Both the position numbers and the translations under genes were made by a program. Positions 11,116 to 24,169 of a stretch of DNA of 64,000 nucleotides are shown in pieces. Numbering within the stretch: the first letter of the stretch is position 1; the number at the start of each line of letters is the position of its first letter. This DNA is from Chiloscyllium plagiosum (Eukaryota): contig NC_057719.1 in NCBI RefSeq assembly GCF_004010195.1, positions 11,479,047-11,543,046 on the forward strand, written 5' to 3'. The notes under the pieces were generated by a model. It searched no databases. It worked only from the letters and a program-made list of their open reading frames with translations, and was not told where the DNA came from.

Positions 11116-12544
11116 NNNNNNNNNNNNNNNNNNNNNNNNNNNNNNNNNNNNNNNNNNNNNNNNNNNNNNNNNNNNNNNNNNNNNNNNNNNNNNNNNNNNN
11201 NNNNNNNNNNNNNNNNNNNNNNNNNNNNNNNNNNNNNNNNNNNNNNNNNNNNNNNNNNNNNNNNNNNNNNNNNNNNNNNNNNNNNNNNNNNNNNNNNNNN
11301 NNNNNNNNNNNNNNNNNNNNNNNNNNNNNNNNNNNNNNNNNNNNNNNNNNNNNNNNNNNNNNNNNNNNNNNNNNNNNNNNNNNNNNNNNNNNNNNNNNNN
11401 NNNNNNNNNNNNNNNNNNNNNNNNNNNNNNNNNNNNNNNNNNNNNNNNNNNNNNNNNNNNNNNNNNNNNNNNNNNNNNNNNNNNNNNNNNNNNNNNNNNN
11501 NNNNNNNNNNNNNNNNNNNNNNNNNNNNNNNNNNNNNNNNNNNNNNNNNNNNNNNNNNNNNNNNNNNNNNNNNNNNNNNNNNNNNNNNNNNNNNNNNNNN
11601 NNNNNNNNNNNNNNNNNNNNNNNNNNNNNNNNNNNNNNNNNNNNNNNNNNNNNNNNNNNNNNNNNNNNNNNNNNNNNNNNNNNNNNNNNNNNNNNNNNNN
11701 NNNNNNNNNNNNNNNNNNNNNNNNNNNNNNNNNNNNNNNNNNNNNNNNNNNNNNNNNNNNNNNNNNNNNNNNNNNNNNNNNNNNNNNNNNNNNNNNNNNN
11801 NNNNNNNNNNNNNNNNNNNNNNNNNNNNNNNNNNNNNNNNNNNNAGGACATTGGTTAGGCCACTGTTGGAATATTGCGTGCAATTCTGATCTCCTTCTCA
11901 TCGGAAAGATGTTGTGAAACTTGAAAGAGTTCAAAAAAGATTTCCAAGGATGTTGCCAGGGTTGGAAAATCTGAGCTACAGGGAGAGGCTGAACAGGCTG
12001 AGGCTGTTTTCCCTGGAGCTTCGGAGGCTGAGGGGTGACCTTATAGAGGTTTACAAAATTATGAGGGACATGGATAGGATAAATAGACAAAGTCTTTTCC
12101 CCGGGGTCGGGGAGTCCAGAACTGGACAGCATAGATTTAGGGTGAGAGGGGAAAGATATAAAAGAGACCTAAGGGGCAACTTTTTCACGCAGAGGGTTGT
12201 ACATGTATGGAATGAGCTGCCAGCGGATGTGGTGGAGGCTGGTACAATTGACACATTTAAGAGGCATTTGGATACGTATATGATAGGAAGGGTTTGGAGG
12301 GATATGGGCCGGGTGCTGGCAGTGGGACTAGATTGGTTTGGGATAACTGATCGGCATGGACGGGTTGGACCGAAGGGTCTGTTTCCATGCTGTACATCTC
12401 TACGACTCTATTTGGTGAATAAACTGGTTTTATTTGGCTATAAACATTCTTCTATAATCCTCCTTAATAGTATTCAGGATTCCACTGTAATTGAAATTGA
12501 GCTTTTCAGGTAGAATAAAACTATTTTGTGTTTTTTAAAGTGTG

Positions 12545-12772
12545 TTAAATAAGTCCACAGAGGCTGGTAACCTGTCACCCATTATTTGCATGTAGAGAAT
12601 CCTTGATATTGATTTGACTCCATCAGAGCCAGCTCACAGAGTGAACAGGGTATCTGAACTTCTGTTATTTATCTGTCAGCCAGGGCTCCCTGATTGGACA
12701 AGATTAACAGCCCTAATCAGGAAACTCACATTCTATGAGGTCCACCTTGCTGACCTTGTTACAATCACTATG
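12545..12772 (-). mobile_element. Solo LTR of the same family as the Gypsy element at 28.4-32.0 kb
   Basis: Reverse complement tagtgattgtaacaaggtcagcaaggtggacctcatagaatgtgag...ctctgtggacttattt aligns to 31738-31973. Confidence 0.85.
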
Positions 12773-12884
12773 CTGTGAAAGGCAGGCAGCAATCAGGACT
12801 AATCCTTAAATAATATATACAAGTTAGGAGGACAAAAGTAGTGTTTAAAAGGCTCCGTGAAGGCTTCCCTCAAAAGATGCAACA

Positions 12885-13182
12885 TAGCAGTTAGCACTGC
12901 TGCCTCACAGCGCCAGAAACCCAGGTTCAATTCCTGCCTCAGGCGACTGACTGGAGTTTGCACATTCTCCCCATGTCTGCCTGGGTTTCCTCCGGGTGCT
13001 CCGGTTTCCTCCCACAGTCCAAGAATGTGCAGGTTCGGTGAATTGGCCATGCTAAATTGCCTATAGTGTTAGGGGCAGGGGTAAATGTAGGGGAATGGGT
13101 CTGGGTGGGTTGTGCTTCGGCAGGTCGGGTGGACTTGTTGGGCCGAAGGGCCTGTTTCCACACTGTAAGTAATCTAATCTAA
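12885..13182 (+). mobile_element. HE1-type V-SINE
   Basis: gttagcactgctgcctcacagcgccag head, V-domain and taatctaatct tail. Confidence 0.92.
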
Positions 13183-14158
13183 TAATTGGCTGATGTCTAG
13201 ATGTCAACGCAAGGGTTGCCTTGTTCTAAAGAAATTGACGTGGAGTAACTTTCTTTATGAAGGGGCACAATTCTTTAACGCCTATTGGCAACAGGAAATA
13301 TGGAAAACTAACCAAATAAAGGATCTTGAGGCCACCACCTGAAAACAGCTGCCAAATATCCAGTCAGAGATGCAGTTCTAGGATTGGGCTGATCAGCCAC
13401 ATATGAACCCACAGAACTCATGGCCAGTGACACAGAATTTCCTATGTGGATATTCATGCTCATTATTGAGTGATTGCTGACAATGACAATGAATGTCAAC
13501 ATTAGAATACTACATTGTACTGGACACAGTTGTGGATGTGTATTTTAGCATTTCAACCAAAATTGTATTTACTTTATTAATTCACAGATTATGGATGTCA
13601 TTGGCAAGACTAGCCTTTATTATCAATCCCTATTTGCCATTGAAAAGATGGTAGTGGGACACCTTGAATTTTGCATTCTGTGCCGTGAAGGTATTCCAAC
13701 AGTGCTGTTAGATGGGAAGTTCCAGGACTTTTACCTAGTGAGGATGAAGGAACAGCAATTTTCTTTTAAGTCAGGATAGTGTGCAACTTGGAGGTGGTGG
13801 TGTTTGCACTCTCCTGCTACCCATCTCTTTATAGGTGTCGAGGTCAGGAGGGTTTGGGACTTTCCTTTGAAGAAGCCATGGTGAGTTTCTGCAGTATGAC
13901 TTGTAGGTGGCATACATTGCTGCCATAATTCTCTGCTAGCCAAGGGAACGAATGATTAAGGTGTTGGTTGAGTGCAAATCGAGCAAGTTACATCGTCCTG
14001 GAAAGTTTTAGTGAGTTTCTACTCCATCCTTGTCCAAACCACAGGGTCCTGATACTGTATAATTGAACCAGTGACCCTCCTAGATAAAGCCGAGAATGTA
14101 GTTGCCATGGGGTGAAAAATGAAGTGCATATTATAATCAAATTTACAATGTTTTCCAG

Positions 14159-14249
14159 ACTGAAGTCCCCTGGTAAAAGAGAGATTAAAAGCTTGCTGGA
14201 GAAGCTACGGTGGGTTACCCTAGGATATCATTACAACTGGGAGACTAAG
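14159..14249 (+). CDS. ALKBH1: ALKBH1 internal exon (equivalent to human exon 4), 91 bp
   Basis: Encodes [30 protein letters not shown] with the [12 protein letters not shown]lkB motif. Acceptor ttttccag|, donor |gtaact. Confidence 0.96.
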
Positions 14250-15289
14250 GTAACTTTTCTTTATGACTACAAAAGCATTTTAAGGAAAAGAAAGGATTCC
14301 TCCCCACTACTCCTTTTTTAATCAGGTTCCATTTTGTGAATGCAGCCTGTGCCTTTGTACCTCAAACTGTTGGGAGGTTGGACAAGTGTTCAACTTCCTA
14401 CCAACTTTGGACTAACTTGCCTCAAAAGTTCAGAAACATGTCTAATCTACGCAGCCATAAGCACCAGCATGATGCCGAATTATTGCAACAAAGCTGAAAA
14501 TCTAAGCCTATATTCCAAATACTGTAGATTGGAAGAGATGTACAAGAGACATACAGAAACAAAAGGTGATTAGCGTTTTCTTGAACGATTCTCATTTTTT
14601 TTTTGTTTCTCACATTCTTTCTTTCCTATTGTTTACACCCCATTACAATAATCACTGATGCTTGGCATTCTCCTGTAACTCGGATATGACAGAACTGAGA
14701 TTGAGTATCCCTTACAGAGAAGTTAGAGCTCAGCCCAAGCCCAGCCTGAACTCAGTAGAAGTCAGCTAGATAATGAATCAAAAGGAAACATTGGTAATTT
14801 TTCTTTCCTCCTCATTTTTTACCTCCTTAAACCCAAGGCTTTTAAAGCCACGTAACAAACCTACTGCTTTAAGCATTTACCTACCTCAGCCGAGGATGTC
14901 AAACACCTTACACACCATTCAGTCTTGGGATCAACCATCATCCGTGTAACTCCACTGTTCAGTGCCTTAATCATGAGTCAACAAGAAAGGCCAGATGGAA
15001 GATCATTGCCCAAACTGTGGCAATAATGATTCTGAGACTGTCAGCTTCAATAGCCTGGTAGTTCATAGAAATATTTTGCATTAAAGCATCAGAAAAGCGC
15101 TAAGTTGTATCACTTAACCACTCGTTACAATTAAATATGGCAGAAGTAGCTCAAGCTTGATCTTTCAAGGGTAATGTATTATATATTGGAACATATACAG
15201 TATATTAATACACAGGGCCCTATTCTTTGCAAATGGGATGGACATTTGTACGACATGAGCTTGTTCCATCTCCATAAAATAGATATTTC

Positions 15290-15552
15290 TGTGGTTAATT
15301 TCTCAGGGCAATGTCTTGACCAATCAAATACAATCTGCCTGGTTTAGAATTTAAATAAAACTTGGCAATTAACTGTCTGTCATCATTAACTGGTACATTC
15401 TCCACGGCAACATCTCTAACAGAGTCCATTTGACCATCAATCCACACCCTCCTCTCTAACAGTATAAATGTTAGTTTCCCTTTCATTGGTGTTCTTGCAA
15501 ATTATCCCAAGGAGTGCAAAATGTAAAATATGTGTTTTTTCAGCAATATTTA
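15290..15552 (+). mobile_element. Old repeat of hammerhead family 2 (degenerate copy)
   Basis: Aligns by eye to 50690-50925 (cttggca.ttaactgtctgtcatca, tcttgcaaatt, ttttttcagcaatatt). Confidence 0.65.
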
Positions 15553-15559
15553 AGATTTG

Positions 15560-16457
15560 ATATTTGAGCGAATGATAACTCTTAATTCTGTTGAATATCT
15601 TCTTTGGTACTGAAAATGTACTTTTTCCCATAATGGAACTCATTTTTAAAATTTTTTTTAGCATATGAGGTATAGGTTTATTTTGGTGAAGGAGTTTAAA
15701 GTTAATTAAGTCTGTCTTTCTTGAAACCATGACATTAAGCCGGCATGTGTCAGCGAGCAGGCGATACTCAAAGCCTCTTGGAGTGTTAATGGAAGTTAAT
15801 TGTTACTATGGGGATTTACAACAGGACAAGGAAAAAATTGAGCCATTACCAGAATCTAAGACAAGGAAGTTTTAACAATTTGCTCCAGATGCTTTTGAGT
15901 TCGGTTTTAAGGTGACCTGACTGGGATTCAGATGCAAGTATAGTTTCTCCTAGGAAAGGAGATAGCTTGGAGCTGTTAAGGAAGTAGGCTACCTCTGTGA
16001 AAACGTGTATTGGAATTCCAATACAGAGTGTTTGGTACGAAACTTGCAATGGTTATTCAAAGCTGAGAAAGCCAAAACCTCGGTTGCATAAGCATTCAAG
16101 GAAAAGGGTTCACGGTTCCCAGGACAGAAACTAAGAAGAAGTTTGAATAGTAAAGGAAAATTTCTCTGAATACTGATTACCTGTAAAGTGACGCTGTTGA
16201 TGTTATGGAGTGATTTTTGCCAGGCGTTTGAAATATTTCAAACTATTATATATAAATAGCTTGGTTGTTTTATTTTTATTTATTTCTTTTGTGTAATTAA
16301 TGGTATGTTTTATTGTTTTAAAAACTAAACTGGAGACTTGTGTGCTAATGTTTCAGTAAAAGACCACCACAATAAATAAAACAAAATATGATCTGCTAGG
16401 ACGGATTTCATTCCAAGAGCTGATTTGCCCAGTAGTAACGCCAGCTGGGATCATAAA
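15560..16457 (+). mobile_element. Probable degenerate solo LTR-like repeat
   Basis: AT-rich body with aataaa and a ccagctgggatcataa end that resembles LTR termini. Family not identified. Confidence 0.35.
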
Positions 16458-17522
16458 GTCATAGAAATGTACAGCACAGAAACAGACCCTTTGATCCAAC
16501 TCATCATAAAAGTGTTTAATGACCTCCCCTTCCCCAGACCGTAAGATCAGGAGGATTTGCTGACTATTCCAAAGTGTTCAACTCTTATAAAATCCTGAAA
16601 CTGCCAAAACTGAACTAAATGAAATCTGGACTGGATTGGGCTGACAAATGGAATGTAGTATTCTCACCATTAATGAGTTGGTAGTAACCATTGGCCAGCA
16701 ACATAAATGGATCAATCGTGCTAATGCTGTGATTATTACTGTAGGAGATAATTGGTAGAAAGGCTTTAAGTACATGGCCTATGAAGCTTGGATCATGAGT
16801 ATGATTTAATACTAACCGCTTGTCGGGTACATTTAGCCATACCACCACAGATGTCAGCATTAAGCAGAACAGAATGCTTTTCGCCATTGGCTTCCAGAAT
16901 GGCTGCTGCGTGTATGATCTACAAGATGCATTGCAGCAACTCATTAAGTTTATTTCGACAACATCTACTCCTCTCAGTCTCTCACGAGAAGAAAGACCAG
17001 GTCAGTAATCTTGTGGGAATGCCAAAGTCTCTAAATCACACATCAAAGTGGCTTCAAGTCTATCACTATTTCTTCCTGAACTAATATTTCAGAATTCCTA
17101 ATTTTGTGCCACAATCAAATATGACAGAATGATTCAATAGTATTTTCAAAAGGGAATTGAAAATATAATAGAAAAATAAAAATTTGCACAGAATGAGGAA
17201 ATATGATTCCGTCGGATATACTTCCATGTAGCTGGTAAAGGCAAAATGGGCTGAATTGCATCCCAAAATAAAGTATTCATTGCTTCCATCAACTTGTTCA
17301 TGGAGATGACCCATGACCCTTCTTAGTCATTAAAATACTGTTCAAACATAAGCCAAAGGTGAGAAAATACAAAACTTGTAATGAATGTATGATAGTTTAT
17401 TTCTTTTTAAATCTAAAATATTTAATGATTCGATTTATTTGACCAGTTGGTGTTCGTGCTCTTACCTTTAAGCTGGTTTTTGCTATGTGTATAATGTATC
17501 TTTGCATACTTTTTGTTTGCAG

Positions 17523-17716
17523 AAATATTCACCCGATCACTATACAGCATTTCCCACAGATCTTGCTTACCTGTCTGAGCAAGTGGCAGCAGCATGTGGC
17601 TTCCAACAATTTAAGGCAGAAGCTGGAATACTGAATTATTACCATTTTGACTCCTCACTGGGTATTCATGTGGATGAATCCGAATTGGATTACTCCAAAC
17701 CCCTATTATCATTCAG
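17523..17716 (+). CDS. ALKBH1: ALKBH1 internal exon (equivalent to human exon 5), 194 bp, carrying the HxD iron-binding motif
   Basis: Encodes [64 protein letters not shown](S). Acceptor tttgcag|, donor |gtaaag. Confidence 0.97.
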
Positions 17717-18948
17717 GTAAAGAAAATTTAACAACACGACACACATTTTGGAATGTGGAGGTGGGTAGTTCCTTTTAAATAATATACGTACAGATGATTG
17801 CAGTCAGTGGGAAGAATTACTGTTTGCTAGTATTTCCATTGGCAAAACGGGTCAGTAATGTGATGTCCATGATTTAAAGTAATTGATAATGGAACTAGAA
17901 GCATATTTGTTTACATAGTGAGTTGTAATTCAGAATGCAGTGACTGAAAGGGTGGTGGAAGCAGGTTTAATAATGATTTTCAGACGGGATTTGGATATAA
18001 TACTGAAGGAGAAAAAAAATTACAGGGCTGTGATGAAAAGTCAGAGAACTAGAACTAATGGGTTAAGTCTTTCAAAGAGCAAATTTGATTCATCTATTGT
18101 CCTTCACAATCTCGATGACCCAAAGCACTTGACAGAAAATATGTGTTCTTTTGATATGAAGTTTCTGTTATAATCTGTGAAATGTGGCTGCCAGTTTTTT
18201 TTTAATTTTGCTTGGCACATGGGCATTTATGGTCCATCTTTAGTGGCCTTTGAACTGTTGGGACCATTTCAGAGGGCATCTAAGAGTTAACCACATTAAG
18301 GTCTAGATGTGTAGGCACACTAGATACATTCAGCAAAATTTCCATTGCTAATTGACATTAATGAACATATAGTTTTTCCGACGCACTAGAATGGTTACAT
18401 GGTTGCTGTTGGACTAGCTTTTAATTCCAGATTTTATTGAATTAAAATTTCACTGCAGTCTGGCCCTTTGGATTACCAGTCCAATGACATTACACTATAA
18501 CACTATGAAGTGGATGAGGACTTGGGCTGGGCAGAAGAAGCTTTGTTAAAGCTCAAGTGCCTGTACACTTCATCTCAGCTAAGACATACTTGGCATCTAG
18601 AGGGAGAATTATTTTGTACAAACTATAACTGTAGCTGTACTGACAGTTTGATCTTTTTCTCAGTAATATCTGTGATGCTTGAAAGTATTTGGCCTTGATA
18701 GGCTGAAGGGAAGTGGTGGAGCGAGTAGACACTGAGAAAATCAATAAAAGTAATAAATTGTAGCAATTTGCAACACATTAATCTTTTATTTGTAAACTTC
18801 ATAACTTGCATCTCTCTGAGTATTGCACAGTTCTTAACAGAGAGGCAAAAGCCAATCCAAAATTACTTTACAGTGAATCTAGTGCATACGTTTCATATGT
18901 TTTTGGTGAGATGCACTTTCTGTGGGTGTTTTCTGAGAGATATTTTGG

Positions 18949-19135
18949 TAAAACAATGACTGCAGATGCTGGAAACTAGAGTCTAGATTAGAGTGGTGCT
19001 GGAAAAGCACAGCAGTTCAGGCAGCACCCGAGGAATTCCTGATGAAGGGTTTTTGGCTGAAACATCGATTTTACTGCTCCTCAGATGCTGCCTGAACTGC
19101 TGTGCTTTTCCAGCACCACTCTAATCTAGACTCTC
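18949..19135. mobile_element. Palindromic PLE-derived insertion with a central hammerhead-like core; 13-bp TSD
   Basis: TSD agagatattttgg at 18936-18948 and 19136-19148. Inverted arms 18978-19034 and 19078-19134. CTGATGA at 19039, GAAA at 19059. Confidence 0.88.
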
Positions 19136-20028
19136 AGAGATATTTTGGGCAAGACCATGAATTCCACTACAGTGTTGCTGCTCTAAGATTTGCATTATCA
19201 CCCTCTGGGATTCTCATATAGAGCAACATTTATGGAATAGATATAACCAAAGAATAGCACAGACATTGCAGTTCATTAAAGTAAGAAGCCAGATTGAATA
19301 ATGCAGTCAAAAACGTACTGTTGTCCTGAATACATCACAAGTGACTAAAATCTAAATGTACTTAATGTGGAAATGCTATGGTATATAAATGTGTTTTTAA
19401 TTTCAAAATCACAATCATGTTTCTGAGTGGTGAATGGAAATCAATAAGTTAAACTATTTGGGTAAATTGATTTGTGTTTAATGTTACTCCATAACCACTT
19501 AATGCTCAATTCCCCACTCTCCCAGCCATTGTGTTGAACTAGACCAAATTGATCACAAGCTGACTGAGGGCCTAAGAGTTTCAGATCTTGTACTGTCTTC
19601 TATCACAAAGATCATTTATTTCCATCTCTGCAACATAGCCCACTTCTACACTGTCTTATCCCACCTACCGCTGGTGCTCTCATACATCTCTGTGGCCTCC
19701 AGAGTCAATTATTGCCAGCACCCATCCTCCATAAACTTCTCATGCAAAACTACGTTATTTATTTAGTTTCCAGCTCAGGTCCTTGGGCAGTGCTGAACTG
19801 GTTAGTGCCTGTGTCAAATGGCACTACTTACTTGGTGAGGACAATGGAATAATGCATAGGCAGTCAGGTTTGAAGAATGGTTTTAGGATGATGTACAAAG
19901 TATAATCAGTGCCTGTGAAATCACAGCATTATCAAATGGTTATTTCTTTTAAAAAAAGGGGAGAAAATAAGGTGAAAATAGTTGAAATGTCTAATCTGAA
20001 GTGTTCCTTTTCTCTCCCATTCTTCTAG

Positions 20029-20473
20029 TTTTGGCCAGTCAGCTGTGTTTTTACTTGGGGGTCTGAAGAGACAGGACCCACCCCTTCCCATGTTCATTCA
20101 CAGTGGTGACATCGTGATCATGTCAGGCAGGAGTCGCCTGTTGTATCATGCAGTTCCCCGAGTTGTTCCCAATCTGGAAGGAAAAGCAATCCCCAGTTGT
20201 TTAGAGCAGACAACGACTAGAAACAGCTGTTCAGATGACACAAACTATCGACAAAGTGGCGAAGGTGACTGGGAAATCTGCATGAAATACCTACAGAACT
20301 CTAGGGTGAACGTGACTGTGCGGCAGGTCCTGGGAGTTGGACAGAGCTTTCCATTTGAGTCAGACACTGAAAAGAAAGCAGATTCCAAGTTGTATTCTTA
20401 TCATCAAGATTCCAAAGAGAACCAACATAAACGACAGAAACTGATCAATGAAGAAGTGGCAAAGTCTCTGTAA
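20029..20473 (+). CDS. ALKBH1: ALKBH1 terminal coding exon (equivalent to human exon 6), ending at TAA
   Basis: Encodes (S)FGQSAVFLLGGLKRQDPPLPMFIHSGDIVIMSGRSRLLYHAVPRV...SRVNVTVRQVL...HKRQKLINEEVAKSL*, with the distal His and the RxxxxxR motif of AlkB. Pyrimidine-rich acceptor ttcttctag|. Confidence 0.97.
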
Positions 20474-21409
20474 TTTTTCTAATCCTTCTGGAGGGATGGT
20501 AAAGTGCTAGTTTTGTACACTGGAGGATCCATGGAGGCAGAGTTGCATCAGTTTGCTATGTACGCATTGTAAAATTTCTGCTCATTCTTTAGCCACTTCA
20601 GAAAATTCTTGCGGAAGTAATAAGGGTCTCCCCATCAATTCAGTGTTTGCAGGTCTGCCAACCAGTGCCAGTTCTCCCTGCCAATGCCAGTATTCTCCTC
20701 AACCTTGCCCACTTTAAGCAATCATCCTGTCAACGGCAGTTTTCTTGGCTCTTGCATCAAAGCTGATGTTTGCAAATTGCAATGAGATGCAGGAGAATGG
20801 AATGCAAGTGCTATGTTGAATGCAGTGTCTTGTCAAGTGACAAACATAGCATAGATTCAGCACAATATAAGCCATCATACATGTTTCCTTAGCCTTCAAG
20901 TAATGTCTTTTAACTGTCACCTTGACATTTCTACTTTTTACTTCAGCCATCTTTGTGACCATTTGGTCCCGGACTTAGAGCAGATGTTTGTTGCCCTCTT
21001 AAGATTGAGTTGAAAGTTCACAAATTCTTCTGTCAGTGTGCACTGTATTTAAAAAGATCAAAAAGGAAAAGGCATTCTATGTTGACCCCTTACCTCATTT
21101 AATGCTCATGTTTAATTAGTTGTGCCTTCAAAAGTTGGCTTTGGGCCAATTATTGAAACAAAGCTAAATCAACACAAAAAAATTGTAACAATGTTAAGTT
21201 GGTAAAATATATGAATACATCTATGCAACCCTCACTTATAGCAGTCTTGTTCTGTGATGCTGGGATGTAGCATAGAAAAAGGCTCTAATAATTGTTGCCT
21301 ACTTTCAAAGGGAAACGCTTCTGTAACAGGTGGTAACTTTGATAAATAATGAGCATCTGCTACAAGATAATTGGACCTGGTAGGGGTTCCAGTTTTACAT
21401 ATCATCAAT

Positions 21410-21415
21410 AATAAA
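21410..21415 (+). terminator. Likely ALKBH1 polyadenylation signal AATAAA; alternative at 21628-21633
   Basis: AATAAA ~940 nt after the stop codon, followed by a GU-rich downstream element (atgttggtttctgtgttgtctg). Confidence 0.6.
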
Positions 21416-22204
21416 AAGTATTTATATATTAATGTTGGTTTCTGTGTTGTCTGAAATATTTTAAATGCTAAGTGTCATGACAGAATTGATCACTGATCAT
21501 GTATCTAAATTCCCAGCACTAGTCAGAGAGTTTCTTATAAATATAGAAAATATATGGAAAATTAAAGAGGAAACCAAAGGCACAGAGGAAACCAAAATGA
21601 GGATTAGCTTATCCTCTATCTGTTCTTAATAAACGATAATAGCTTTACCATAAGGTGAAAAGAATTTCATTAATTGTTAAACTTTAGTTTGGTTTTTGTT
21701 TCAATCTGCTTAAATCAGCTCATTTCAGTTTTGTCTCCAAAGGAGTGATGTATAGGGACTAATCTTGTGTAATAGATAACTATTTTCTAACACAGATTCT
21801 AAGGCATACATACTGGCAGTGGTTAGCTTTAAGGAACATAAGACCAGTCTTAGAGGTAAATGCTACTGCTGTGGATCTGTGGCAGATTCCTCCTTGTGTT
21901 CTGACGAATGATATCTTAAGCAGTCTGTGCACCTTGCTGCCAATAGAGTTTACATACACTGTCCTTCATCAGCTGATAAAAATTGCATAACCCAGGGGTA
22001 ATGTTAATGGTGATCTGAATCGTTTATGTGTCCTTTTCAGGAATGCTCTTCCAAAAAGACTTCTACCCATCAATAGGAGTAGTGTTGTTTGTTCCATGGC
22101 AAATGAGTACTAAATCTGTGCATATAAAAAGGCAACAGAATTAACTTTCCTCCCTTATTAAAACCTTTGACTAACAAAAATCTATTGGGTGGAGAAAAAA
22201 AATC

Positions 22205-22370
22205 AAAAGAACTGTGAATGCTGGAAATCAGAAACAAAATCAGAAATTACTGGAAAAACTCGGCAGATCTGGAAGCATCTGTAGAGAGAATTCAAAGCTA
22301 ATGTTTCGGGTCTGGTGACCCTTCAAAATTAATGGTAGCTAGGAAAAAGTTGGTTTTTATGCAGGATTGC
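22205..22370 (-). mobile_element. Divergent PLE-terminus-like repeat with a degenerate hammerhead (gaagggtc-acca-gacccgaaacatt)
   Basis: Same layout as the other PLE termini (gaatgctggaaatc...ctggaaaaactcggcagatctggaagcatc...atgtttcgggtc). Confidence 0.6.
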
Positions 22371-23499
22371 AATCCTGGATTGAAGTTCCATTTTCAATTC
22401 CTGCTCTTCCAGCAACATCAAGCAATGTAACTGGAACGAATAGCCAGGGTCTTTTCCCCAGGGCAGGGTAATCCTAGAGAACATAGGTTTAAGGTGAAAG
22501 GGGAAAAGATTTAAGAAGTACCTAAAGGCAACTTTTTTACAGAGCTGCCAGAGGAAGTGGTGAGGCTGGTACAATGGGCCAAATGCTGCCAAATGGGACT
22601 AACTAATTTGGAATATGTGGGCGTGTTAGTCCAAGGGTCTGTTTCTATGCTGTACAGCTTTATGACTCTAATTCATTCTTGGTTATGGAAGAGAGTGAAA
22701 TATAGTTTTGGGAAAGTGTTGGATTTTTAAGTGTAGAGCACAGAGAGTGGCATAATTCAATTTTTATTGCTCTTTACAATTTGTAGTTCAGGGGCTGTGC
22801 TTCTACCATCGGTAGTTTATTGGGTTTGCAGTCGAGCTCGATGTATTTTCATTGCTGCACCTTGAGAACTATAGATATGATGTAATCTGCCAATTCTGTT
22901 TTTTTTCTCCGACTCTCTTGCTCTTTTTCAGTCTTCTCTCTAGCTCTTTCACACTCCCTCCCTCTTTTGCTTTCTTGCACACTCTCTCAAGCCCTCTGGC
23001 TCCCTCCTTTGCATCCTCTTTTACATTTTCACTGTCTTGCTGTCACGCATTAGTTTGTGTATAACTCTTTCTGTTAATTTCCTTTCAAGATATTTCTTTA
23101 AATTGCGCTTTAATCTTAAGTTCTGAAATAACTGCAAAAACGGGACTTTACCTGCTACAGTTTTAACCCTTTTCAGCTGACATAGAAAGACAGCAGTTCT
23201 GGAATTCTCTCCCAAAGTTTGTGTTTGAGATTCTTAAAACCCATTACTTAGACTAACTTTAAAGTCACCTGTATGTAGCTCATTATACATTTTGTTTGAT
23301 AATGCTGCGGTGAAGTACCATGGGTTTTTGTGATTGTTCATGGAATGGGAGTGTCATTGACAAGACCTGCATTCATTGTCCACCCCTAAATGCCCATGAA
23401 AAGTTGGTGATGAGCCACCTCTTGGACTGCCGTATTCCTTAGGAATCCAACTTTTCTGTAATGTTTGATATAACTGAGTGCCTTGTTTGATCACTGTGC

Positions 23500-24160
23500 A
23501 AATGATACAAAAATTTGAAGCACTGTAAACTGTGACAATGACAATGTGGGACTGTAAAATGGCATAGACAAGTTGGTGGAGAGGGCAGATCAGATGTGGT
23601 TCAATACAATGAAGTATGAGGTGATCCATTTTGAGAGAAGGATCGTGGGCAGAATAATAAGTACAATTTTAAAGGGGATTGAAGGTGGTAGGACAGGTGT
23701 AGGGTAGTTAAAGCATGCAGTTTCCTGGGCTTTATTGACCTCAGCTTGAATATTGTATACAGTTCTGGCTGTCACACTATAGGTGGGATGCAAATGCATT
23801 GCAGACAGTGCAGAAGAGATTTCCAAGGATAGTTCCAGGGATGAGAAACCTCAGTTATGAGTATAGGTGGAGAGGCTGGAGTTGTTAGAGGAGATCTAAT
23901 ACTAATTTAAAAATTATGAGGAGCTGGATAGAGTAAATAGGGAGAAACTCTGCCATCTCATAAAAGGAACAGGAATGGTAGAGGCTGGTTCAGTTGAGGC
24001 ATTCAAGAAGGCAATGAATGTTTCTGTTTAATAAATGAATGTGCAAGAGACAGGGGAGAAGGCAGAAAAGTAAAACTCAAGTCATGATGCTCATCTGGAG
24101 AGCTGGCGCAAGTACAGTATGCTGAATGGCCACCTATGTGCTATAACACTCCTGAGATTC
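23500..24160 (+). mobile_element. Old CR1 LINE 3' fragment
   Basis: Degenerate RT C-terminal motifs and a gctgaatggcc 3'UTR. Confidence 0.7.
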
Positions 24161-24169
24161 TGTTACTTT

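Larger units (their letters stand above)
7877..12410 (+). mobile_element. Near full-length CR1 (HER1-like) LINE: 5'UTR, ORF1, ORF2 (APE endonuclease + RT); inactivated by stops and spanning two N gaps
   Basis: ORF1 start CQMWE...DYICHKC plus coiled coil (8517-8720). APE motifs (IIAITETWL, VMVGDFKFPNIDW, SNHNSI) and RT motifs (QHGFVRGKSCLTNLIEFF, DFSKAFDKV). 3'UTR present; possible 6-bp TSD tatttg at 7871 and 12409. Confidence 0.93.

Noticed and set aside
8477..12132. Long ORFs in the track spanning N runs
   Set aside because: Their length is an artefact of assembly gaps; the flanks are CR1/PLE sequence.
12885..12945. tRNA-like A/B-box sequences
   Set aside because: They are SINE heads, not tRNA genes.
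21566..21596. agaggaaaccaaa repeated twice and also matching ALKBH1 exon sequence near 5737
   Set aside because: A short A-rich match that is plausible by chance.
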